Source: Bacteroidota bacterium
GTDB lineage: Bacteria; Bacteroidota; Bacteroidia; 2-12-FULL-35-15
Assembly (NCBI GenBank): GCA_023251835.1
Contig: JAHEXZ010000017.1
Span: 2,270 to 66,269 of the forward strand
Direction: 5' to 3'
Length of the DNA: 64,000 bases
The notes beneath the pieces were generated by a model. That model made no database searches and had not been told where the DNA came from. It was given only the letters and a program-made list of their open reading frames with translations. Positions 22,074 through 34,000 of this stretch are shown one piece after another. A program made the position numbers and the translations under genes. How positions within the stretch are numbered: position 1 is the stretch's first letter; the number at the start of each line of letters is the position of its first letter.

Positions 22074-25000
22074 TTATTTGCCTTCACGGATGAGGGAGAA
22101 AGAACCTTTTTCAAAATATTCTTTTCCATCTTTTCCTTTGGCTTTAATGATGTAATAATAGGTTCCGTCAGAAGCTATCCCCCCGCTGGCTGTGCGACCA
22201 TCCCAACCTCCATTAGTTGTATGCCACTCAAATAATTTTTCTCCCCAGCGATTGAATATCTCTGCATCCAGAGTTCTTAAGGATACTCCCTTTACCATAA
22301 ATATATCATTTTCTCCATCACCATTAGGTGTAAATACATTAGGTACAACAAATGAGGAATTCTGTTCTACTTCAATAGTAGTGCATGTTGTATCTGTACA
22401 TGAGAAAGAGTTATATGCAATTAAACATATCTGGAATTCCCCAGGAGGAATAACTACATAAATTGGATTTGTAGCTGTTGAAGTATCAGTCATTCCAAAC
22501 TGCCATAAATAGTGAGTTGCATTTGTACTTCCGTTAGTTAAATTAATCGTTAAAGGCGATTGACCTGTAACAGGGTCTACAGAAAATGCTGAAATAACAC
22601 CTGAAGTAGAATTTATAACATACGGTCCGGCAATACTGGAACAGCCATTAGTATCAGTTATTGTTAATGAATATGAACCGGGAACTGCATTTGACAATTC
22701 AGGACCAACAAGACTTACTGTGTCACCCAATATATTTTGCCAAACAAAAGTTAAAGGACTTTGCCCCTGAGGCACAGCCAATCCTAATATAGCTCCGGCA
22801 CTATCTGCACAATTAGCAGGCACTATAGTCACTGTAATGGTACCCACCGTTGGCAAAGGAATGACTGTAACCGGCACTGTTATAGGATTTCCCTCACAAC
22901 CATTTACATTAGATGTTACAATGTAAGTAGCAATTCCCTGATTAATTCCGCTGGTAGTTAATATTTGAGAAATTGTTGATCCTGTCCCTGCGGTAGCTCC
23001 GGAAACACCCGTTTGATTTACTGTCCAACTATAAATAGTTCCAGCCATAGAGCTTGAAAGGTTTACAGATGTTGTATCACCAGTACATATAGTCTGGCTG
23101 GCTGGTGTTGCAGTTATAACAGGTACTCCATTAATAATGATGATGGTAGATGCACTTGCTGCAAGACAACCACCACTTGCAGGAATATTGTTGGTAACAA
23201 TATAAGTTCCGGGCGCACTTGCCGAAATATCTATCTCGCCCGTATTAACATGTTCAAATACTAGACCGGACGGAGTAGATGAAAATAATCCGGCACTGGC
23301 TCCGGGAGCAAAAATTACATACGGATTATTTCCTCCCTGACAGAATGATGAACTTGAATAAGTAAAACCTGCTAATGGTGTTGTATCAGTTATTGTCATT
23401 GTTATAGAACCAGAACCTGTACAAGTTCCATTTACAGTATAATAGAGCGTATAAACGCCTATATTGCTGGCAGATAAATCAATTGTTCCTGTTGCAGAAT
23501 CAATCGCTAAACCTAAAGGAACGGCTGAAAAAACACCTCCGGATATACCAGTAATTATAGGTGTTGGATCTGAACCGGATTGGCAATAGGTAGCAGAGGT
23601 ATATACAAATGATGCATCGTCAGATGGCGTAATAGTAACTGTACTTGTTGCACTGTCTGAGAAACAATTACCACTTGCAGGGATAGTATTTGTAATAGTA
23701 TATGTACCAGGCTCGCTAAGTGCCAGATTAATCTCTCCGGTATTAACATTTACAAATACCAATCCTGATGGAGCAGAGGAGAAAATTCCTGCACTTCCAC
23801 CAGAGCTGTATGTTGGTGATGGATTATTGCCATTTTGACAGAAAGGGGACGCAGGGTAGCTGAAATCCGAAACTGGGATAGTGTCTGTAATAGTTACCAC
23901 AATAGAATTGGAGTTTTGGCAGATACTATTTGTTGTATAAGTAACTGTATAAGTACCCAGTTGGCTTGTTGATAATGTAATTGTACCGGTTGAATCATTT
24001 ATTACCAATCCTGAAGGGCTTGAAGAAAAGGAGCCTCCACCAACTCCTGTAACGGATGGAGTCGGGTTTGTTCCTGATTGACAATAGGTGGCTGAACTAT
24101 AGTTAAATGAAGCATCATCAGATGAATTTATAATTATGGTATCCGTTGAACTGGAAGACAGGCATGAACCGCTGACAGGTATATAATTGGTAACTATATA
24201 AGTGCCCGGTGAACTCGCAGCTAAATCTATTTCACCTGTATTAACATGCGCAAAAACTAAACCAGGAGGAGTAGCAGAATAAATACCAGCACTTGCTCCT
24301 GTATCATATACAGGAATAGGGTTTATTCCATTCAAACAGAAAGGAGAACCTGTATAATTAAAGTTTGTTGATGGAGTTGTATCTGTTATAGTCATCACTA
24401 TTGAACTTGTTGCAGGGCAGTTTCCATCAGTAGTATAAGATACTGTATAAACTCCCGTATTACTTGCGGAAAGGTCTATTGTACCGGTTAACGAATCAAT
24501 TACCAAACCCGTTGGAATTGAAGTGAAAAGCCCCCCTGGTAAACCTGTAATTGAAGGTGTCGGATTATCTCCCGAAGTACAATAAGTAGCCGAAGTATAA
24601 GCAAAAGAAGCATCATCAGCTAAAGTAACTGTAACTGTTGAAGTCCAGGTGGCAGATAAACACGAACCACTGGCAGGTATATAATTAGTAATGGTATAAG
24701 TGCCTGGAGTACTTGCAGCTAAATCTATTTCCCCGGTATTTTCATGCACAAATACCAGGCCTGAAGAGCTGGCGGAAAAGATACCCGCACTCGCTCCTAA
24801 AGGGAAAATCGGTAATGGATTGGCTCCATTTTGGCAGTAAGATGGGCTCGAATAGCTATATATCGCTGCCGGATTTGTATTACCTATTGTCATTGTAATA
24901 GAACTCGAGCTTACACATGAACCGTTACTTACCGTATACGTAACTGTATAGACACCCAAAGTGCTAACAGACGGATTAATTGTACCAGTTAAAGAATCAA

Positions 25001-28000
25001 TTGATAAACCACCCGGAGAGAATGTGAAAACTCCACCGGTCATTCCTGTTATGGAAGGAGTTTGATTTGTTCCAGACTGGCAATATGTAGCAGAGCTGTA
25101 AACAAATGAGGCATCACCTGAAGGCGTTACACTAACCAAAGCAGTTATTGGAGCACCCGGACAACCATTTGAAGAAGGTATTATAGTATATATTACCATT
25201 CCGGTATCAATGCCGGTAACAGATAATGTTTGAGAAATAACTGTATCAATTGCAGCACTTGCTCCAGAGACTCCTGATTGGCTTACTGTCCAGCTATAAA
25301 TACTACCAGGGATATTGCTTGCAAAATTTATCAGAGCAGTACCACCAGAACATATTGTCTGCGAACTAGGAATAGCAATGGCTATCGGTGGTGGATTTAC
25401 GGTTATATTAACCGATATAGTATCTCCTGTACATGCTCCGGTAGATGGAGTAATTATATATGTAGCTGAGCCAGGTAATGCTCCCTGTAATGTTAAAGTT
25501 TGATTAATCACAGAGTCACTACCTGCTGAAGCTCCGGTAGTACCAGTTTGAGTTACTGTCCAGCTATAACTTGTACCTGAAAGAGAGCTTGATAAAGCTA
25601 TTGAAGTGCTATTTCCTGAACAAATAGATTGTGAAGAAGGAGTGGCCATTGCTATCAGCGGTACTATTGTGATAGTAGTAGAATCAATAAGCGATCCACA
25701 GCCACCATTCGGAACAAGAGTATTTGTAATTACATATGTTCCGATTGTGCTTGCAGCCAGATTAATTTCTCCTGTAGTGCTATCTGCAAAAACTAAACCC
25801 GAAGGAGTGGCTGAGAAAACTCCGGCAACTGCCCCTGAATCTAAAACAGGTAACGGATTAGTACCACTTTGACAGAAAGAAGTATCCGGATATGTGAAAC
25901 CTGCACCTGGTGCTGGTATAATTGTAACATAAACTACGCTGGAATCAGAGCAGGAACCATTTGTTTTATATTGTACGGTATGAAGTCCTACCTGACTGGC
26001 ACTCAAATCAAGTAATCCGGTTAATGAATCTAATAAAACCAAGCCAGATGAAGCCGAAAAAGTTCCTCCTGGTAATCCGGTTACCACAGCCATCGGATCA
26101 ACCCCTGTCTGGCAAAAAACAGGCGAAGAATAGGAGAATTGGGTACTGTCCATCAAATTAACAGTTATCAATACGTGAATGGTGTCACCAAGACAGGTAC
26201 CTCCAACCGGAGTAATTATATACTCAGCCGTACCAGATGTAGTACCTGAAACAGCTAAAGTTTGTGCGATAGAGGTTCCGGAACCAGGAGTAGCTCCTGT
26301 AACCCCAATCTGATTTACTATCCATGAAAAAGAAGTACCAGCAACATCACTAGACAGAGTAATTCCTGTAGTACTTCCGGTACATATAATTTGTGACGAA
26401 GGAGTAGCTTTAATAGTTGGTGAAGGATTTACAAGTATAATAACATCTATAGATGTTCCGGGACAACCTGTAGTTGTATCCGTTGCAGTAACAGTATAAA
26501 CTGCCTTCCCCTGAATACTGTCTGTAGCTATTATTGTTTGATTAATAATTGAACCGCTATCATTCGTAGCTCCAGTAACATCTGTTTGGGTTACCGTCCA
26601 GGCAAAAGTAGATGAATTTATATTGCTATACAGAACCACATTAGAACTTTCACCTGAACAAATAACCTGGGTTGTAGGTGTAGCAGTTAAAGTTGGAGCA
26701 GGATTTACTGTAACTGTTGCCGTAGTTGGTAATCCGGGACATCCGCCTTGAGCCGTAGGTGTAACAGTATAGGTAACTGTTCCGGAAACGCTGCCACTTG
26801 CGGACAGGATATGCATAATTGTATCACCATTTCCATCAGATGCACCAGTAACCCCTAACTGACTTGCAATCCATGCATAAGTGGTACCGGGTACATTACT
26901 TGTTAAAACAATAAAAGCTGAATCGCCTGTACATATAGTTTGTGATACAGGGCTTGCCGTTACTGTTGGCAAGGGATTAACAGTAACTGTTACGGGTATA
27001 GGTATGCCATCACAACCATTAGCAGATAAAGAAACAAGGTAGGTAACAGTACCCACAGAATTGCCTGTTGTTGTTAATGTTTGAGCGATAGCGTCACCAA
27101 TACCATTAGAAGCACCAGTAACACCTGTTGCAGTAGCTGTCCAGGAGAAAGTAGTGCCAATAATGTTACTCGAAAGTGATATTGATGTTGAATTTCCTGA
27201 GCATATTGCCTGAGTGGACGGAATGGAAGTGCCAATGGGACAAGGATTAACAGTAATAGGAACATCTATAGGTTGTCCAGGACAATTCCCCGATGTAGCT
27301 ATTATTGTATATATAGCAGTTCCGGAACTGAGTCCGGTGGTATATAAGGTTTGAGCTATGGTGTCACCAGTTCCTGAGGAAGTTCCTGAAACATTGGTTG
27401 CATTGACTGTCCATGCATAAGTGGTAGCAGGCAATGAACTTGTCAATACAATACCAGTTGAGCCACCAGCACAAATTGTTGCTAATGGCGGAGTTGCAGT
27501 TACTACCGGAGCAGCATCAATTGTTATTGAGTATGTCGCAACAGCTCCCCCACATGATCCACTAGCTGGTATTGTATTGGTAATTGTGTAGGTACCAGGG
27601 GCACTATTCATTAAATCAATTTCACCCGTATTTACCATTACAAATTCTAAACCGGCCGGTGTTGCTGAATAAATACCAGGTGTTGCACCGGCACCATAAA
27701 TTGGCGTTGGATTAGTTCCATATTGACAGAAGGGAGATCCCAGATAGCTAAAACTGGCAGATGGATTGGTATTAGCTATTGTCATATTTATAGAAGCAGT
27801 ATTAGGACAAGTACCATTTGTTGTATAGGAAAGTGTGTATGTGCCTAAAGCGCTTGCAGATAAATCAATTGCACCGGTTGATGGATTAACCATTAAGCTA
27901 AAAGGAGGTGTTGTTGATGCAAATGTTCCACCAGGCAAGCCAGTTATAGTCGGAGTAGGATCAGCACCATCCTGACAATAAGTAGCTGAAGTGTATGCAA

Positions 28001-31000
28001 AAGAAGCATCATCCAAAAGATTAACAGTAGCAGTAACATTGATTGGGGTTCCGGAACAGCCATTTGCTGAAGGGGTAATAGTATATACAGCCGTACCCGG
28101 AATAGTTCCGGTAGTTGTTATTGTTTGAACAATATTTCCTCCTGAACCAGGTGATGCTCCTGTAACATCCGTTTCCACAACAGTCCAGGCATAAGTAGTT
28201 CCCAATACAGTACTCGACAATGCAATTGATGATGTTGCTCCGGAACAGAATGTTTGCGCTGGAGGCGTAGCTGTAATATCCGGTAAAGGATTAACAGTAA
28301 TGCTTACAGTTATTGGCGTACCAGAACAAGTTCCGGAGGCAGGAGTTACAGTATAAACTACAGTACCTACAGTTGATCCGGTTGCTATTAACGTATGAGC
28401 AATAGTATCACCGCTACCGTTGGATGCTCCGGAAGCTCCATTTTGGCTGACTGTCCATGAATAGGTTGTTCCTGCTATATTGCTTGTTAAAAGTATAGTA
28501 ACAGAATCTCCGGAGCAAATCGTTTTATTTGAAGGTAAGGCTGTTGCAACGAGGGTTGGTTTCACAGTAACAGGAACTGAAATTGGAGAGCCGGAACATC
28601 CCCCGGCCACCGGATTAATAATATATAACGCTGTTCCTGGTACTGTTGCCGATAAAGTTTGAGAAATTGATGTACCACTACCAGGTGTTGCACCAGTCAC
28701 ATTATTCTGACTAACTGTCCATGAAAATATTGTACCTGAAACATTGCTGGACAGAGCAATGCTGGTGCTATTACCAGAGCAGATAGTCTGCACATTTGGA
28801 GTTGCAGTAATAACAGGTCTGGGATTTACTGTTACAGTAACTGTTGCAGAATTTCCCGGACAACCGCCTGCTGTTGGAGTTATCGTATATACAGCAGTTC
28901 CAGGAAGCGAATCCGTAGTTGTTAATGACTGTACAATATTTTGTCCTGTACCGGCAATTGCCCCAGCCACGCCATTTTGAGCAACTGTCCAGGAATAAGT
29001 AGTTCCGGAAATATTGCTGGATAGAGCAATTGATGTAGCATCACCAGAACAAATTGTTTGAGCAGAAGGATTAATAGTTACAACAGGTCTTGGCGTTACA
29101 GTTATAACTACAGTAATTGGCGCTCCTGAACATCCGTTAGCGAAGGGTGTAATGGTGTATGTAACCGTACCCGGAGTTGAGCCAAAGGTTGCTGATAAAA
29201 TTTGTGATATTACAGAACCATTACCAGGGGCTGCACCGGAGGCACCACTCTGTGCAGCAGTCCAAGAAAAGGTAGTTCCTGTAACATTACTAGTTAACAC
29301 TATTGAAGTTGAATCACCGGAACAAATTGTTTGTGCTGTCGGTGTGGCAGTTGCAACAGCGGCAGGATTTACAGTTATTGTAACCGAGACAGGAGTACCT
29401 GAACACCCGGCAGCAACAGGGGTTATAGTATAAACAACAGTTCCGGCAAGAGTATCTGTAGCTGTCAATGGTTCTGAAATAAGTTGGCCTGAGCCTGAAT
29501 TTGCACCTGTCACTCCTGTTTGAGTTGCAGTCCAATTAAAATTTGTTCCTGAAACAGTGCTCGTAAGAACTACTAAAGGTGAATTTCCGGAACAAATAAT
29601 TTGTGCTGATGGAACTGCAGTTGCTGAAGGAATTGGATTAACAGTAACTGTTATTGTTATTGGTAACCCCGTACATCCACCAGCATAGGGCGTAATAATA
29701 TATACCGCAGTACCAGGAGAGTTGCTGGTGGTAGCTAATACTTGATCTATTGAAGTTCCGTTTCCATCAGAACCACCGGAAACTCCATTTTGAACAACTG
29801 TCCAGGTATAGATTGTTCCAGGCATTGTGCTTGTTAAATTAAACGATGTGGTATCACCAGAGCATAATGATTGTGTTAAAGCGTTTGCTGTTACTGTAGG
29901 AGCAGAGTCAATTGTAACAGTAAATGAAGCCAGCTCTGCCGCACATGTACCGCCAGGTGGAATTGTATTTGTGACTGTGTAAGTTCCTGGCTGGCTTTGT
30001 GATAGGTCAATTTCACCAGTATTCACGTGAACAAATGCCATACCGGAAGGGGAAGCAGTAAAAATACCGGCACTGGCTCCAACACCAAAAACAGGAACAG
30101 GGTTGGTTCCTTGCTGACAATAAGAGGTAGCAGGATAACTAAATACCGCAGAAGGAGCAATGCTTATAGTCATGGTCATGGAATTAGTTACCGGGCATTG
30201 ACCATTTGTAGTATATGATAATGTATAAGAACCTAAAGCGCTGGTGGAATTGGTAATAGTACCAGTTGTTGGATTGAGCGTCAAACCGGCAGGTGTTGAC
30301 GAAAATACCCCTCCAGGCAAACCAGTAATAGTTGGTGTAGGATTAGGTGCCGTCTGACAATAAGTACCTGATGTATAAGCATAGGTGGCATCATCAGAAG
30401 GCTTTACAGTAACGGTAACATTAATTGGCGTTCCATTACATCCACTTGCTAAAGGGGTGATTGTATATACAGCAGTTCCTGAAGTATGATTTGTGCTTGT
30501 ATTTGTTAATACTTGGGAAATAGTATTTCCTCCATTTGCAATTGCTCCTGAAACATTTGTTTGCAATACATACCAGGAAAAAGTAGTTCCGGCCACATTG
30601 CTTGATAATACAATAGCAGTGGTATCCTCAGAACAAATATTGGGTGACGGAGGAGTAGCTGTGACAACAGGCCGCGGATTTACAGTAACTGTATCAGAAA
30701 CAGGAGTACCCGGGCATGAGTTAAAAGTGGGCGTAACAGTATAAACTACGCTACCAGGAGTTGTGCCGGAAGCAGTTAAAGTTTGAGCAATTGTATTTCC
30801 ACTACTGGCAAAAGCACCTGCAGCACCGATTTGATTGATTGCCCAAATAAAAGTGGTACCAGGAATGTTACTAACCAAAGATATTAAAGTAGTATCACCA
30901 GAACAAATAGTTAAAGGATTAGGGACAGGAGTAACCACAGGTCGTGGTTTCACAGTTATTGTTACAGATATAGGTGTGCCGGAACATCCACCGGCAGCAT

Positions 31001-34000
31001 TAGGAGTAATGGTGTATGCAGCAGTTCCATCTATTATTCCCGTAGCGCTTATTGTATCGGTTATACTGTAGCCGGAACCGGGATTTGCACCAGATACCCC
31101 GGAAGGAACAACAGACCATGTAAAAGTAGTACCTATAACATTACTTGTTAATGCTATCGAAGTTACTCCACCCGAACAAAATGTTTGCGATACGGGTGTT
31201 GCAGTAGCAACCGGAACCGGATAAACGGTAACCGTATCATTTACAGGAGTTCCGGTACAACCAGCGGCTGTAGGTGTTATAGTATATATTGCTGTTCCGC
31301 TTGTAGTACCAGTTGTTGACAATGTTTGATAAATATTAGAACCATTGCTGTTAGACCCACCCGTTACTCCGGATTCTGCAACTGTCCAGGCATAAGTTGT
31401 ACCAGGCACATTGCTGGTTAAGGCTATAGAAGTAGTTCCAAAAGAACACAATGATTCTGACGGAGGAGTGGCTGTTACAACTGGACGTGGGTTTACAGTA
31501 ACTGTGGCAACAATAGATGTTCCTGAACAACCGTATACAGCAGGAGTAATCGTATAAACAACTATTCCAGGAACTGTATTTGTTGCGGTTAAAGTTTGTG
31601 TAATAGAAGAACCATTACCATCAGAAGCTCCGGAAACATTTGTTTGGTTGAATGTCCAGGCAAAAGCAGTTCCCGAAACATCACTTGTTAAATTTATAGA
31701 GGTTGTATCTCCTGAACATATTGTTGGAGCTGCAGGAGTTGCTGTAGCAATAGGTACCGGATTTACATATACACTATCAACTAAAGTGGTTCCACTACAG
31801 CCGTTTGCTGAGGGGGTAATAGTATAAGCAATTGATCCGGGTGCCGGGCTAGTTGTTGTTAATGTTTGTGCAATTGTTAAACCAGAACCAGCTGATCCAC
31901 CAGACACATTTGTATCGGCTATAGTCCATGTGAAAAGAACACCTGCTACGTTACTTGTTAATGTTATATTTGCCGTAGAACCGGAACATATTGTTTGAAC
32001 AGTTGGAGTAGCCGTTATAGAAGGTATTGGGTTTACTGTTACAGTAACAGTTATCGGTTGACCGGAACAACCACTTGGAGCCGTAGGTATAATGGTGTAG
32101 ATAACATTACCAGTTACATTTCCAGTGGTGGATAACGTTTGTGCAATTGAAGTTCCATTTCCATTTGATGCTCCGGATACACCCGTTGGATTTACAGTCC
32201 AGACAAAAGTAGTAGCGGGTATTGAACTTGTTAAATTAATTCCAGTTGTACTTCCGGAACATAAAGTCTGTGAAGCTGGTGTTGCGGTGGCAACTGGTGC
32301 TGTATTAATAACAATTGATACCGAATCAACATCTCCAGGGCAAGCTCCGGGAGCAATTGTATTTTTAACTGTGTATGTACCAGGAGTGCTTAAAGTTAAA
32401 TCAATTACACCTGTTGCAGGATTTACAAATACCAGGCCTGATGGAGTTGCAGAAAAAATTCCCGCACTTGCACCCACAGGAAAAACAGGTGCCCTATTTG
32501 TATCATACTGGCAAACCGGAACAGGAGTATAGCCAAAAGCCGCATCAGGAAGCGTTACAATTGTAACGTTCACGGTACTTGTAGCAGGGCAAGGGCCGTT
32601 AGTTGTATATGTAATAGCATAAGTACCAACAGTGCTTGCTGACAGGTTAATCTTTCCGGAATTCACATTTACAAATACCAATCCGGCAGGAGCTGCAGTG
32701 AACGTACCCCCAGCCAAACCTGTAATTGTAGGTGTAGGATTAGGCTCTGTCTGACAATAGGTTGATGAAGCATAATTAAAAGCAGGGTTATCCTGTTTAT
32801 TCACAGTAACAACAACATTTTCAGGAGCTCCCACACATCCATTTGTGGAAGATGGGGTTATTGAATAAATAACGCTTCCGACTGTGGGACCGGTAAGAGT
32901 TAACGTTTGTGCAATGTTAGAACCAGAACCCGCTGATGCTCCCGTAACCCCCGTTTGGTTAATTGTCCAGGTGAATGTTGTACCACTGATATTGCTTGAT
33001 AATGCAATGGCTGTAGAGGAGCCGGAACAAATTGATTGAGCATTAGGAGTTGCTATAACAGTAGGCCTGGGATTAACTGTTATAGTAACCGTTATTGGCT
33101 GACCGGGGCAATTGCCATAAGTAGGGACAACGGTATACGTTACAGTTCCTGCTGTTATGCCTGTAGCTGATAAAATCTGAGTAATTGCAGTTCCATTGCC
33201 GGCTGTAGCGCCCGATGCACCTGTCTGATTAATCGTCCAGGCGAAAGTGGTTCCAGGTATATTGCTGGTTAATGCAATTGAAGTTGCATCACCGGAACAA
33301 ATTGTTTGAACAGAGGGAGTAGCAGTTGCAACAGGAACTCTGTCTACCTGGATATTGACTATTATAGGAGAACCTATACAACCAGAAGCAGTGGGGGTAA
33401 CTGTATATACAGCAACACCTGATGTACTTCCGGTTGTTGAAAGAGTTTCAGTAATAGAAGTACCGGAAGAAGCAGAGCCCCCGGTTACATTGCTTTGGCT
33501 TATTGTCCAGGAAAAGGAAGCTCCCACAACATTGCTTGTTAGTGCAATTCCTGTAATATTTCCGGAGCATATTGTTTGCGAAGGAGGTACTGCACTGGCG
33601 GTTGGTATTGGGTTTACTGTCACCGGAACAGTAATAGGAACGCCCACACATCCTGTTCCGCTAACTGTTGGAGTAACTGTATAAACAGCCGTTCCTATAG
33701 AAGAACCTGTAGTAGATAGTGGTTGAACAATACTGGAGCCATTGCCCGGAGAACCTCCTGTTACACCCGTTTGGGCAACAGTCCATGCAAAAGTAGTACC
33801 TGGTAAGTTACTTGAAAGTGAGATAGAGGTTGTACTTCCTGAACACAAACTTTGTGATGAAGGTGTAGCTGTAGCAGTTGGTTTAGGATTAACAGTAATT
33901 GTTACCTGGATAGAGCTGCCAATACAGGAACCCACAGAAGGAGTGATGGTGTATGTGACGGTTCCGGATGAAGTACCTGTTGCAGATAGACTTTGCGCAA